Assembly (NCBI GenBank): GCA_965204925.1
Contig: OZ242021.1
Span: 2,222,454 to 2,286,453 of the forward strand
Source of the DNA: Candidatus Poriferihabitaceae bacterium
Lineage (GTDB): Bacteria; Pseudomonadota; Gammaproteobacteria; Arenicellales; Poriferihabitantaceae
DNA: 64,000 nt
Direction: 5' to 3'
A program made the translations under genes and the position numbers. Positions 36,674-46,732 of the stretch are shown here, one piece after another. Below the pieces are notes generated by a model that did not search any database, had not been told where the DNA came from, and worked only from the letters and a program-made list of their open reading frames with translations. The first letter of the stretch is position 1. The number at the start of each line of letters is the position of its first letter.

Positions 36674-37948
36674 TTATTGGTACAGGCCGGCTTCAGCAGG
36701 TTTGAAACTGGACAGGGCGCCCATGGCATCCAGTACCGAGAGCAAAAAGCCATGTGCCGTTATTCTGCCGAGAGAACCTGCGATACAGTCGGTTTCATTA
36801 TATTTTTCGACCCGGTCTCTTCTTCCTGCGGGGTTGTGGATAATGACGGGCACCGGGTCGCCGGTATGTTCTCCTGAACGGGAATCGGTCGAATGGTCGG
36901 CGCAGACCCCGACTACGAGACCGCCGGTATCGATTCTTGCAAGCGCCGTATCGAAGCGTGAAATGAGGGCTGCCTTTGCCTTCGGGTCGCGGTCGTGGGC
37001 AGCGATATCCATACCCTTGATATGAATGTATACAAGGTCGCGGGTTTGCAGCGCTTCCATGGCCAATTCGAATTTCCTGTCGAGATCGGTATCGGGCAGG
37101 GAGGTGAATGCGGGGTCGGTTATTGTCGAGAATCCGAGCAGTTTGCCTAATCCGGTAATGGTGCGCTCACCGGCGACGACTGTCACGGACAGACGCAGGC
37201 AGGCAGGCAGCCGGCTCCAGTTCCGGTGCATGCCGGCGCCGCGGGCAATGATCGCATTGGCGGGCAGTTCTCCTTTTTCGACCAGCTGCCGGTTGAGCGA
37301 GTGGTCGTCGAGGATGCGGCAGGATAATCGGGTAAAGCGGTTGACGGCCTGCGCGGTGCGCACAGCGTCCTTGTCTGTGGCTGTGTTGGCGCGACATTCG
37401 AGAACTCTCCGGTCAGCGCTTTTTCCGCCCGGATCAGTATCGCTGATACGGGCACAAAGAGCGGAACCTCTCAACCTGAGCACACAGCGATGCTGGGTGG
37501 CGGGGCGCAATGACGCGGTGATGCCGTCTCCGACCTCAACGTTGCGCAGGGGAGCGCACAGTGCATCGACTTGCTGGCTGATTCTGCCGGCGCGCCTGTC
37601 AACAATGTGGTACTGATCGCCGCGTTTTTCAACGGTAGCGAGATTGCAGCGCAGCATCAGGTCTCCCGTTCTCGAGTCCATACCGATTCCGCATGCCTCG
37701 ATCGGTCCGCGGCACAGATTGACCGCTTCGCGCGGAGGCAATCCGAACAGTACGCCGACGCCGGTATGGGTCTCCACCGGCAAGCCCGGCAGCAACGGGT
37801 CCATCAATCCTGACTGTCCGTTTTTTGCCAACTGATCGAGTGTCGGGGTGCGGGCATATTCAAGCGGAGTCAGCCCGCCGAGATATGGATTCGGGCGATC
37901 GCCCAACCCGTCGAGAATGACGACCAGGCCTTTCAGGCGATTTTGCAT
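36674..37948 (-). CDS. Archaeal-type cofactor-independent phosphoglycerate mutase-like metalloenzyme (ApgM family; bacterial members have been proposed as alternative homoserine kinases)
   Basis: LVVILDGLGDRP…TPLEYARTPTLDQLAKNGQSGLMDP… is the N-terminal PhosphMutase/metalloenzyme signature. The C-terminus has …GVCADHSTDSRSGEHTGDPVPV. Confidence 0.75.
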   Translation of the reverse strand: MQNRLKGLVVILDGLGDRPNPYLGGLTPLEYARTPTLDQLAKNGQSGLMDPLLPGLPVETHTGVGVLFGLPPREAVNLCRGPIEACGIGMDSRTGDLMLRCNLATVEKRGDQYHIVDRRAGRISQQVDALCAPLRNVEVGDGITASLRPATQHRCVLRLRGSALCARISDTDPGGKSADRRVLECRANTATDKDAVRTAQAVNRFTRLSCRILDDHSLNRQLVEKGELPANAIIARGAGMHRNWSRLPACLRLSVTVVAGERTITGLGKLLGFSTITDPAFTSLPDTDLDRKFELAMEALQTRDLVYIHIKGMDIAAHDRDPKAKAALISRFDTALARIDTGGLVVGVCADHSTDSRSGEHTGDPVPVIIHNPAGRRDRVEKYNETDCIAGSLGRITAHGFLLSVLDAMGALSSFKPAEAGLYQ

Positions 37949-37976
37949 TTATAAATCCCGAAGCGTATGTTCGCGT

Positions 37977-39167
37977 TCATGTGTACTGCTCCCTCAGCGA
38001 TTTGATTTCCTCCTGGTATCTGGTCGATATCGTTTGGATAATGACTTTTATGATATCGAGCGAAGTTTCTGCAATGTCATGATTGTCGAGAATTTCGATA
38101 TCCTCGTTGTCCGCCTCGGAAAGCAGTACCGTTTGCAGATGCCAGATTTTGTCGAGGTTCTGCAGATACCGTTTTGCCCGGCGTTGCTTGTTTTCGGACG
38201 AACGGCCTTTTATAAACCTCTCCAGTCTGTTCTTGTCGAGAACAGCGAGACATACGGGTACGACCAGCATGTTCTCTCCGCAATCAATTCGGGCAAGTAA
38301 TGAGGGGCGAACATGTACGCCTTCCATGATCATTGATACGTTTTCGTTGAATGCCCGCTGTATGACCGCTTCGCAGGCGACTTCTACCATTTCCGACTGG
38401 ATCTGGAATCCGTACAAGAGATGGTCGTCGGTATTGGCGCCGGCCTCGGGAATGTGTATCACTTTTCCGGCCTTGAACGTGGAGGTATGCAGCGCCGGAG
38501 AGATTTTTTCCGGAATCGTGATTCGCATAACCTCTCTTAACATGTCTGTGGACTGGGTTCGCACAATGCCGAGCCGGTTTGCGACTGCCGTTGCGATCGT
38601 GCTTTTACCGCTGCCGGGCGCCCCTCCGATCAGCAGAAGTAACGGATAGCCATTCTGCAGGAAGAATCTCCACAGCAGGTAGTAATCGGCATGCTTCTGA
38701 TCGACACGCTGCCGGATCGCAGAGTAGGTCAGGCCGGTCAGATCCTGTGTCGAGATTTTACGTGTTTTATTGCTGACCAGATGGCTGTGGATATAGCGAG
38801 TGATGGCATTGCATTTTGTGATGTCGATGGCGCAGCTTTGCAGTCTTTGAACATGAACTCCCCTGGAAAAGGAATCCGAGCTGCCATCTTCGCTGATAAC
38901 ACGGATATTTTCTTTGGTAATGTCTTCCTTTTTATATCTGGAGAGTATGGCGCCGGGATAGTCCTCTTTCAGAATTTCCACGATGCGTTCCCTTAATTCG
39001 ATAGTACTTACTTCGCCGTCATCCTCGAACTCGTCTCTTATATCGCTGGCTACACTGTAGGCATCAATGAACTCAAGGCCCGCCTGATGCAGGGATTTGG
39101 TCAGCATACCGCGCAAAAAGGGCACTCGTGTTTCATCTTTCGCGTTGACGACAACCAGTTTCGACAT
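37977..39167 (-). CDS. ATP-cone domain + P-loop kinase resembling archaeal 2-phosphoglycerate kinase
   Basis: N-terminal ATP-cone-like region (VVVNAKDETRVPFLRGMLTKSL…) and a Walker A motif (LLIGGAPGSGKSTIATAVANRLG…QSTDMLREVMR), as in the 2-PGK family. The ATG at 39167 is chosen because prc ends at 39175. Confidence 0.65.
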   Translation of the reverse strand: MSKLVVVNAKDETRVPFLRGMLTKSLHQAGLEFIDAYSVASDIRDEFEDDGEVSTIELRERIVEILKEDYPGAILSRYKKEDITKENIRVISEDGSSDSFSRGVHVQRLQSCAIDITKCNAITRYIHSHLVSNKTRKISTQDLTGLTYSAIRQRVDQKHADYYLLWRFFLQNGYPLLLLIGGAPGSGKSTIATAVANRLGIVRTQSTDMLREVMRITIPEKISPALHTSTFKAGKVIHIPEAGANTDDHLLYGFQIQSEMVEVACEAVIQRAFNENVSMIMEGVHVRPSLLARIDCGENMLVVPVCLAVLDKNRLERFIKGRSSENKQRRAKRYLQNLDKIWHLQTVLLSEADNEDIEILDNHDIAETSLDIIKVIIQTISTRYQEEIKSLREQYT

Positions 39168-39174
39168 TTTTTTG

Positions 39175-41310
39175 TTATCCGCCGGACAGGGAGTTGCCGT
39201 TTTCGGACAGCTTCGTGTAGCGTTCAAAATCAAGCAATATCCTTGCGCCTTCGATCAGGAACGGGTCCGGCTGATCTCCGGAGGCGAGGGTTGCAAAGCC
39301 GTTGTCCGGTTCCATGTCGGCGTCATCAAGCGATTCAATCGTTGGCAATGCCTCTTTGCCTGATCCGGCACGTCTGGCATTTTCCGCTTCAAGGCGCTTG
39401 CGGTCCCATGCCGCTCTCAGTTGCCGGCGCTTTTCCTGAGACAGGGTAACCGTTTTCATTTGCCGGATACTGCGGTTGATTGTGTTTATTTCCCGGAAAT
39501 AAGTAAATTCGGGGTTGTCCTGTGCCCGCTTGTGGTGCTCGGAGACGATCCGCTCGAGCAAACGGGAATCCGGTTTGCGCTGAAAAGGCTCGAAGGCAAC
39601 GGCTCCAATGCGGCGCCAGGGAATGGCGTTATCATTACCGCGTTCCCCGGTTTCGTCGTCGATCTCACTTGAGTTCCAGACAATATCGGGAATGACGCCG
39701 CGATACTGGGTGCTGTCGCCGTTGACCCGGAAGAACTGGGCGATCGTCAGCTTCAGTTGTCCGAGGTCAACATCCGAATCATGGTGGTGGTTCAGATCGA
39801 TCAGTGTCTGGACGGTGCCCTTGCCAAACGTTGGTTCGCCGAGGATCAGTCCGCGATTGTAATCCTGGATCGCTCCGGCAAAAATTTCAGAAGCGCTGGC
39901 GCTATGACGATCAACGAGTACTGCAAGAGGACCATCGTATGCGATGTCAGGGTCCGGGTCGCGGTCTATGCTGGCGCCTTTTCTGAACTTGACCTGGACG
40001 ACCGGGCCTTTGCGAATGAACAATCCGGTCAATGCGACCGCTTCGTCAAACGCGCCTCCGCCATTGCCCCGTAAATCCATGATCAGGCCGTCCGTGTTTT
40101 CATGCTCCAGGCTGGCCAGAAGTTTCCTGACATCCCGTGTGGTACTTCGGTAATCGGGGTCGTCGACATTTTTTCCCTCGAAATCGGTATAGAACGAGGG
40201 CAGTTGAATGACGCCGACCCTGGAAGTACCGCTATCAGTGGCAATGTCGATGACCTTGCTGCTTGCGGCCTGTTCTTCCAGTTTTATTTTGTCCCTGATG
40301 ATAGCGACTGTTTGCGGTTCGCTGTCCGGGCCTTTTTCAGCAGGAAGGATTTCCAGGACAACGGTCGACTCTTTCGGTCCCCGAATCAATGCTACGACAT
40401 CATCAAGACGCCAGCCGATGACATCCACGATATCTTCATTCCCCTGTCCGACTCCGATGATGCGATCACCGGAGCCAAGCCTGCCGGAGCGCTCTGCGGG
40501 TCCGCCGGGAATGACTCTGATGATTTCGGTAAATTCGTTGTCGCTACGCAGGACTGCGCCGATTCCTTCGAGCGAGAGGCGCATCTGGATATTGAAATTT
40601 TCGGCCCTCCTCGGAGAGCGGTAAAGGGTATAGGGTTCGATCCCCGAAAGCCAGGAGTTGATGAACCCCCCGAAAACATCTTCGCTTTTCAGTTGCCCGG
40701 TTCTCCGTGCGATATGAATGTATCGGCTGCTCAGGGTGTCCTTGATCTCATCTTCCGTTTTTTTCGACAGACGCAGGCTGCTTATGTCGTTTTTGATGCG
40801 CTTGCGCCAATTGTCATCCAGCTCGTCAATATCTCGCGCCCAACGGACATGTTCGGGGTCGAGCAGGTAATGTTCGTCAATGGTGAAATCGAAGGGTTGG
40901 TTCAGTCTTTCAACGGCAAATTCAATCCGCTGGTTCACCCGCTCCCGGAATATTCTGAAAATTGCATAGGCCGGGTTCGGAAAGCTGTTTTTGATATAAT
41001 CATCAAATTCATGTTTCATCAGGCCTTCGATCCGGCTGATATCCTCCTGCAGGAAATAACTCTTTGTCGGGTCCAGCCCCTCAATGTAGTTCTTGAGAAT
41101 TCTCTCGGAAAACCGGTCATCAAGAGGAGTCTGGTGAAAATGGCGGGATTTGACGATGGCGTTGATCAGGGTCGTTATCGTTACTTGCGTGGACAGGTCT
41201 TCCGGAAATTCGGCCTGTTTGAGTTCATCCAGCACGGAAGCGGGTGAATTGGCGCTGAGCAGGCATGCGAGGGTTGATGCCAGCAGTATGTTAAAATATC
41301 TGGAGGTCAT
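39175..41310 (-). CDS. prc: Tail-specific (C-terminal processing) protease Prc, S41 family
   Basis: Signal peptide, PDZ domain (…IRVIPGGPAERSGRLGSGDRIIGV…) and an S41 core (…LAVLVDRHSASASEIFAGAIQDYNRGLILGEPTFGKGTVQ…). Length is 711 aa. Confidence 0.9.
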   Translation of the reverse strand: MTSRYFNILLASTLACLLSANSPASVLDELKQAEFPEDLSTQVTITTLINAIVKSRHFHQTPLDDRFSERILKNYIEGLDPTKSYFLQEDISRIEGLMKHEFDDYIKNSFPNPAYAIFRIFRERVNQRIEFAVERLNQPFDFTIDEHYLLDPEHVRWARDIDELDDNWRKRIKNDISSLRLSKKTEDEIKDTLSSRYIHIARRTGQLKSEDVFGGFINSWLSGIEPYTLYRSPRRAENFNIQMRLSLEGIGAVLRSDNEFTEIIRVIPGGPAERSGRLGSGDRIIGVGQGNEDIVDVIGWRLDDVVALIRGPKESTVVLEILPAEKGPDSEPQTVAIIRDKIKLEEQAASSKVIDIATDSGTSRVGVIQLPSFYTDFEGKNVDDPDYRSTTRDVRKLLASLEHENTDGLIMDLRGNGGGAFDEAVALTGLFIRKGPVVQVKFRKGASIDRDPDPDIAYDGPLAVLVDRHSASASEIFAGAIQDYNRGLILGEPTFGKGTVQTLIDLNHHHDSDVDLGQLKLTIAQFFRVNGDSTQYRGVIPDIVWNSSEIDDETGERGNDNAIPWRRIGAVAFEPFQRKPDSRLLERIVSEHHKRAQDNPEFTYFREINTINRSIRQMKTVTLSQEKRRQLRAAWDRKRLEAENARRAGSGKEALPTIESLDDADMEPDNGFATLASGDQPDPFLIEGARILLDFERYTKLSENGNSLSGG

Positions 41311-41491
41311 TTTCGGGCGTTGCAGTCAGAGCTATAACCCGATCATATCATTGTTTCGCTATCGGCTGACGTTGTGTACCGATCCGGTTCGGAGCGCATT
41401 TGTAACAATACCGTAATGTCGGAGTCATATCCCGGATACAGTAAATTCCCGGACTGGCCCCATCAGATTAACTGTATTTGAGGAATGTTCC

Positions 41492-42535
41492 ATGCTGAAA
41501 ATAAAAAATATTGCCCCGGTTGCCCTGGTGGCGCTTGTCGCAAGTACGGGTTCTGCCCAGGCCCGTGATTATATCCAGATTGTCGGGTCGTCGACAGTTT
41601 ATCCATTTGCTACGGTGGTGGCAGAAAAATTCGGTAGAACGAGCGGCTTCAGGACGCCGGTCATCGAATCGACCGGCTCCGGCGGCGGTATGAAACTGTT
41701 TTGTGCCGGAGTTGGAGAATCGCATCCCGATATCACCAACGCTTCGCGTCGAATCAAGTCCTCGGAATTCGAGAAATGTCAGGCCAACGGAGTGAAAGAC
41801 GTGATCGAAGTCAAGGTCGGGTACGATGGTATTGTCCTGGGTAACTCCAGCGAAGCCGAGCAACTGCAACTGACACGAAGGGACATTTTCCTGGCGCTTG
41901 CCAAAGATGTTCCGAACCCCGATGGCAGTGAATCCACGATTCCCAATCCTTACTCTACGTGGAAAGAGGTCAATGCCGCTCTGCCGGATACAAAAATCGA
42001 AGTACTGGGACCGCCTCCCACTTCGGGTACCCGGGATGCCTTCGTCGAGCTTGTTCTTGAAGGCGGCTGCAAGTCGTTCGACTGGCTCAATGCCATCGGA
42101 AAGAAAGACAAGAATGCCTACAAGGTGCTTTGCCATACCGTTCGCGAGGACGGAGCGTACGTGGAGGTCGGCGAAAACGACAACCTGATCGTGCAAAAAC
42201 TGCGCAAAAACGAAAAGGCGCTTGGCGTATTCGGTTTCAGCTTCCTCGACCAGAATTCGGATGTGATCCAGGGTTCGCTCATTGAAGGCGTCCCGCCTGA
42301 ATTCGAAGCCATTGCCGATGGTTCCTATCCGGTTTCACGCCCGCTTTATTTCTACGCCAAGAAAGCGCATGTCGGTGTAATCCCGGGCATTGCCGAGTTC
42401 ATGGCGGAGTTTACCGATGAGGCGACTTTTGGTGAAGAAGGCTATCTCGTTGACAAAGGCCTGATCCCGATGCCGGACAGCGAAAGAAACAAATTCCGTT
42501 CGGATACTGCCAGCCTGACTCCACTTTCGATGTGA
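41492..42535 (+). CDS. pstS: Phosphate ABC transporter substrate-binding protein (PstS family)
   Basis: Signal peptide followed by IQIVGSSTVYPFATVVAEKF…SGGGMKLF…; it precedes pstCAB. Confidence 0.9.
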   Translation: MLKIKNIAPVALVALVASTGSAQARDYIQIVGSSTVYPFATVVAEKFGRTSGFRTPVIESTGSGGGMKLFCAGVGESHPDITNASRRIKSSEFEKCQANGVKDVIEVKVGYDGIVLGNSSEAEQLQLTRRDIFLALAKDVPNPDGSESTIPNPYSTWKEVNAALPDTKIEVLGPPPTSGTRDAFVELVLEGGCKSFDWLNAIGKKDKNAYKVLCHTVREDGAYVEVGENDNLIVQKLRKNEKALGVFGFSFLDQNSDVIQGSLIEGVPPEFEAIADGSYPVSRPLYFYAKKAHVGVIPGIAEFMAEFTDEATFGEEGYLVDKGLIPMPDSERNKFRSDTASLTPLSM

Positions 42536-42560
42536 GTTGTATCCGCACTCATGTAATAAT

Positions 42561-42594
42561 GCGGCCGCCGTATTGACGGCGGCCGCTTTTTTTT
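42561..42594 (+). terminator. Rho-independent terminator/attenuator after pstS
   Basis: A 10-bp GC stem (gcggccgccg at 42561-70 pairing with cggcggccgc at 42577-86), a 6-nt loop, then T8 at 42587-94. Confidence 0.8.
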
Positions 42595-42618
42595 GAGAAA
42601 CGGAGCAAACGCAGGTAA

Positions 42619-43623
42619 ATGAGCATTCTGTCGCTGCTTTTTGTGTTTTTTATTCTGGCCCCCTGCCTGATGCTTGGCGCATTGAGTCTGAGCAAGAAAA
42701 ACCGGGTGTTGAGAAACCGGGTTGAAAAGGTTATCAGGACTTTTCTCATTGCCTGTACCAGTATTGCCATACTGACAACGGTCGGTATCGTGCTGTCGGT
42801 GCTGTTTGAATCGATCCGGTTCTTCAATGTCATTCCGGTAACGGATTTTCTGTTCGGGCTGGAATGGTCCCCCCAGACCGCCATTCGTTCCGACCAGGCA
42901 GGGTCGTCCGGTTCGTTCGGGGCCGTGCCCCTGTTCGCGGGGACATTCCTGATCACGCTCATCGCCATGTTTATTTCCGTGCCATTCGGGCTGATGTCTG
43001 CCATTTACCTGTCGGAGTATGCCAACCGGCACATAAGGACATTCGGCAAGCCCTTGCTTGAGATACTCGCCGGTATTCCAACTGTGGTATACGGATTTTT
43101 TGCCGCCTTGACCGTTGCGCCGTTGATCCGGGGGTCACTGGAATCCTTTGGTTTGAGTGTCTCCAGCGAAAGCGCCCTGGCGGCGGGGGTGGTAATGGGC
43201 GTCATGATTCTGCCCTTTGTTTCGTCGCTGTCCGATGATGTAATCAACGCCGTGCCCCAGTCATTGCGCGATGGTTCCTATGGACTCGGCGCGACCCGCT
43301 CGGAGACGATTCGCAGGGTGATTCTTCCGGCGGCTTTGCCCGGCATCGTCGGCAGTATTTTGCTGGCGGTCTCGCGCGCAATCGGTGAAACGATGATCGT
43401 GGTCATGGCGGCCGGGCTGGCGGCAAACCTGACGGCCAACCCGTTTGAATCGGTGACGACCGTTACCGTGCAGATCGTCACCCTGCTGGTCGGCGACCAG
43501 GAATTCGATAGCCCGAAAACACTGGCGGCGTTTGCTTTGGGGCTGACGCTGTTCGCCATTACCCTGATCCTCAATGTCATCGCATTGAAGACTGTGCAGA
43601 AATACAAGGAACAATACGAATGA
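42619..43623 (+). CDS. pstC: Phosphate ABC transporter permease PstC
   Basis: Multi-TM permease with EAA-like loop context (…LRDGSYGLGATRSETIRRVILPAALPGI…). Confidence 0.9.
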   Translation: MSILSLLFVFFILAPCLMLGALSLSKKNRVLRNRVEKVIRTFLIACTSIAILTTVGIVLSVLFESIRFFNVIPVTDFLFGLEWSPQTAIRSDQAGSSGSFGAVPLFAGTFLITLIAMFISVPFGLMSAIYLSEYANRHIRTFGKPLLEILAGIPTVVYGFFAALTVAPLIRGSLESFGLSVSSESALAAGVVMGVMILPFVSSLSDDVINAVPQSLRDGSYGLGATRSETIRRVILPAALPGIVGSILLAVSRAIGETMIVVMAAGLAANLTANPFESVTTVTVQIVTLLVGDQEFDSPKTLAAFALGLTLFAITLILNVIALKTVQKYKEQYE

Positions 43624-44888
43624 CCCGGGTCGACAGGATCAAGGCGGGACTTGCCAAACGTTATGCGCGGGAAAAGCGATTCCGTATGTACGGGCTGTCG
43701 TCCATTATTTGCGGGCTGGCTTTTCTCCTGTTTTTGCTCTATACCACGATTTCCAACGGATACAGCGCATTATTGCAGACGTATATAGGGCTGGATATTA
43801 CTCTCGTTGCCGAGGATTTCGGGGGAGATTTAAGCCGGGAGTCTTTGTCGGGCGCCGATTATTCCGGATTCATAAAGGAGGCGCTGCGCCAGACGTTCCC
43901 GCAAGTAACCGAACGCAAGGAGAAAAAGGCGCTCTACGCGATGATCAGTGGCGGGGCGCAATATCAGTTGCGTGAAAAGGTCATCGCGGATCCGTCTCTG
44001 ATCGGCGGGCCGGTTATGTACTGGCTGCTGGCCGATGACGAGGTGGATGTTTTTGTAAAGGGAAGAATTGACCGCGACACGCCCGAGAAGAATCGGCGGA
44101 TCAAGGACCATACCATTGCATGGGTAGACCAGTTGTCGGAAAACGGCCGTGTGAAAAAACGTTTCAATATCCCGTTTTTCACTGCGGGCGATTCACGCGA
44201 GCCGGAGCAGGCCGGGATATTTGGCGCTACAATGGGGTCCATTTTCATGATGCTGGTGACCATGCTGCTGGCGTTTCCCATTGGCGTTGCGGCCGCCATT
44301 TATCTGCAGGAGTTTGCCCCGAAGAACCGGATAACGGACTTGCTTGAGGTCAATATCAATAATCTGGCAGCGGTTCCGTCAATCATATTCGGTCTGCTCG
44401 GCCTCGCCATCTTTATCAATGCCTTCGGTCTGCCGCGCTCGGCGCCTCTGGTAGGCGGCATGGTACTTGCGTTGATGACGCTGCCGACGATCATCATATC
44501 CAGCCGCGCCGCTCTCGGGGCAGTGCCGCCCAGTATTCGGGAGGCCGCGCTTGGATTGGGCGCTTCGCCCTTGCAGACCGTTCTGCATCATGTGGCGCCG
44601 CTGGCAATGCCCGGCATGCTGACCGGAACGATTATTGGCCTGGCCCAGGCGCTGGGGGAATCGGCGCCCCTGCTGGTTATCGGGATGGTGGCGTTTATCG
44701 TCGATGTTCCCGCAGACCCGTTTGATCCGGCTACGGCGCTGCCGGTGCAGATATACCTGTGGTCAGACAGCCCGGAACGCGCATTCGTTGAACGCACATC
44801 GGCCGCGATCATGATTCTGCTCCTGTTTCTCGTTGTCGTCAACGGTCTTATTGTCCTGCTCAGGAAGAAATTTGAACGCCGTTGGTAA
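43620..44888 (+). CDS. pstA: Phosphate ABC transporter permease PstA (long form)
   Basis: …[31 protein letters not shown]…; its start overlaps the pstC stop. Confidence 0.9.
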   Translation: MTRVDRIKAGLAKRYAREKRFRMYGLSSIICGLAFLLFLLYTTISNGYSALLQTYIGLDITLVAEDFGGDLSRESLSGADYSGFIKEALRQTFPQVTERKEKKALYAMISGGAQYQLREKVIADPSLIGGPVMYWLLADDEVDVFVKGRIDRDTPEKNRRIKDHTIAWVDQLSENGRVKKRFNIPFFTAGDSREPEQAGIFGATMGSIFMMLVTMLLAFPIGVAAAIYLQEFAPKNRITDLLEVNINNLAAVPSIIFGLLGLAIFINAFGLPRSAPLVGGMVLALMTLPTIIISSRAALGAVPPSIREAALGLGASPLQTVLHHVAPLAMPGMLTGTIIGLAQALGESAPLLVIGMVAFIVDVPADPFDPATALPVQIYLWSDSPERAFVERTSAAIMILLLFLVVVNGLIVLLRKKFERRW

Positions 44889-44911
44889 ACTCCGCCTGCG
44901 GAATGATATTC

Positions 44912-45802
44912 ATGAATACAATTACCGATCGAATGAACGACACAACGAATCTGGCGCCGGGGCGGCAACGGGCCGTTGTTGACTCGAACCTTGACGATCC
45001 GACCCTGCACCCGGATTTCAGGACATTCGGCGACATTCATGTCGATGATCCGGCAATGACCAGCCGCAATGTTGATGTCTCCTATGGAGACAAGCAGGCT
45101 ATTTTCAATGTGTCTCTCGATATTGCGAAGAATGAAGTGATTGCCATGATCGGTCCGTCCGGGTGCGGTAAATCAACGTTCTTGCGTTGTTTTAACCGCA
45201 TGAATGACACGATTGACGCCTGCAAGGTGTCCGGCAGCATCAAGTTGCACGGTGAGGATATCTACAGTAAGGATATGGACGTGGTTCTGTTGCGCGCCCG
45301 AGTGGGCATTGTCTTCCAGAAACCCAACCCGTTTCCCAAGTCACTGTATGAAAACATCGCCTACGGAGTGAAGTTGCACGGGCTGGCAAGCAGCAAATCC
45401 GAACTGGACGATATTGTGGAGAGCAGTCTGCGCAGGGCGGATCTGTGGAGAGAAGTGGCCGACAGGCTGGACAAGCCCGGCACCGGCCTGTCCGGTGGCC
45501 AGCAACAAAGGCTGTGCATTGCCCGCGCCATTGCCATCAGTCCCGAGATCATACTCATGGATGAACCCTGTTCCGCTCTTGACCCCATCGCTACGGCAGC
45601 GATCGAGGAATTGATAGACGAGTTGAGAAAACAATATTCGATCTGCATTGTGACTCATTCCATGCAACAGGCGGCCCGGGTTTCACAGAGGACAGCCTAT
45701 TTCCATCTGGGCAGGCTGGTAGAGGTCGGTCCCACCAGCGTCATTTTCACCAATCCCCGGCACCGGTTGACGGAGGGGTATATTTCCGGACGTTTTGGCT
45801 GA
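44912..45802 (+). CDS. pstB: Phosphate ABC transporter ATP-binding protein PstB
   Basis: Walker A ([19 protein letters not shown]), signature motif ([14 protein letters not shown]) and Walker B (ILMDEP). An ATG at 44903 or 44912 is possible. Confidence 0.9.
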   Translation: MNTITDRMNDTTNLAPGRQRAVVDSNLDDPTLHPDFRTFGDIHVDDPAMTSRNVDVSYGDKQAIFNVSLDIAKNEVIAMIGPSGCGKSTFLRCFNRMNDTIDACKVSGSIKLHGEDIYSKDMDVVLLRARVGIVFQKPNPFPKSLYENIAYGVKLHGLASSKSELDDIVESSLRRADLWREVADRLDKPGTGLSGGQQQRLCIARAIAISPEIILMDEPCSALDPIATAAIEELIDELRKQYSICIVTHSMQQAARVSQRTAYFHLGRLVEVGPTSVIFTNPRHRLTEGYISGRFG

Positions 45803-45842
45803 CCGGATTCGGATTCAATCGTTCATCAGCAGGATATTCATT

Positions 45843-46583
45843 ATGAACATTCAGGGGGACAGTCATATTTTCAAGCGTTTTGACCAGGAAATGCAGTATC
45901 TGCATGATTTGGTCGTACAAATGGGCGAGCTTGCGGTCAATCAGCTTGAGGATGCTCTGGGCACCTTGAAAAACGAGAATCCGGGGAAAGCCCGGGAGGT
46001 CATCAGAAACGATAAAAAACTGAACGATCTCGATGTGCAGGCGGATAATGAAATCATCCGTCTGATCGCATTGCGCCAGCCCGTCGCCAGGGATTTGAGA
46101 GCGCTGATCTCGATCGGGAAAATTGTTGCGGAACTGGAACGCGCCGGTGATGAAGCCAGGAAAATTGCCGGCTTGACCATTCGTTTTTTCGAGGCCGGTC
46201 AAAACCCGCCGAGCGAAGAAATATTGCGGGATATCCATTCTCTTTCCGTCTGTGTGATCAACATGCTGGAAATGTCCATGCAGGCATTCGATGGTCTGAA
46301 TCTTGATCTGGCGGCAGATGTTCTGATCGAAAGCGCGCAGCTGGATAATCAGTTGAAATCAATACTGCGGCGGCTTGGTGCATTCATCATGGAGGATTCC
46401 GGAAATGTCGATCATTTTGTAGACATTGTGCTTGGCATTCGCGCGCTCGAACGGTTTGGCGGGCACAGCAGCAATATCGCCGGGCATATCGTATTTATCG
46501 AAAAGGGGATAGATGTGCGCCACACGGACGACAGAACCATTTTGCGCAATATCGGGGATGTATATCGGGGATGTATATATTGA
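45843..46583 (+). CDS. phoU: Phosphate signalling complex protein PhoU
   Basis: FDQEMQYLHDLVVQMG…NDLD…IRLIALRQPVARDLR…ELERAGDEA… shows a duplicated PhoU repeat. The ATG at 45843 is chosen. Confidence 0.9.
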   Translation: MNIQGDSHIFKRFDQEMQYLHDLVVQMGELAVNQLEDALGTLKNENPGKAREVIRNDKKLNDLDVQADNEIIRLIALRQPVARDLRALISIGKIVAELERAGDEARKIAGLTIRFFEAGQNPPSEEILRDIHSLSVCVINMLEMSMQAFDGLNLDLAADVLIESAQLDNQLKSILRRLGAFIMEDSGNVDHFVDIVLGIRALERFGGHSSNIAGHIVFIEKGIDVRHTDDRTILRNIGDVYRGCIY

Positions 46584-46732
46584 GGAATTCGACGCCGCTC
46601 GCGGCGAAGAAACTCCTGTGCACGGTAGCGGCGAAGAAGATAAGTAAACGGGCATACTCAAGAACCCGGAAGGGCGCCTCCTGCGGTCGCCCGCGTTCCA
46701 TCCAGGGATATTGGACTGGCGCCTGATGCGCT

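Noticed and set aside
41311-41491. Pho box upstream of pstS
   Set aside because: Only weak partial matches are present (e.g. atgtcggagtcatat) with the wrong spacing. It is not supportable without a matrix scan.
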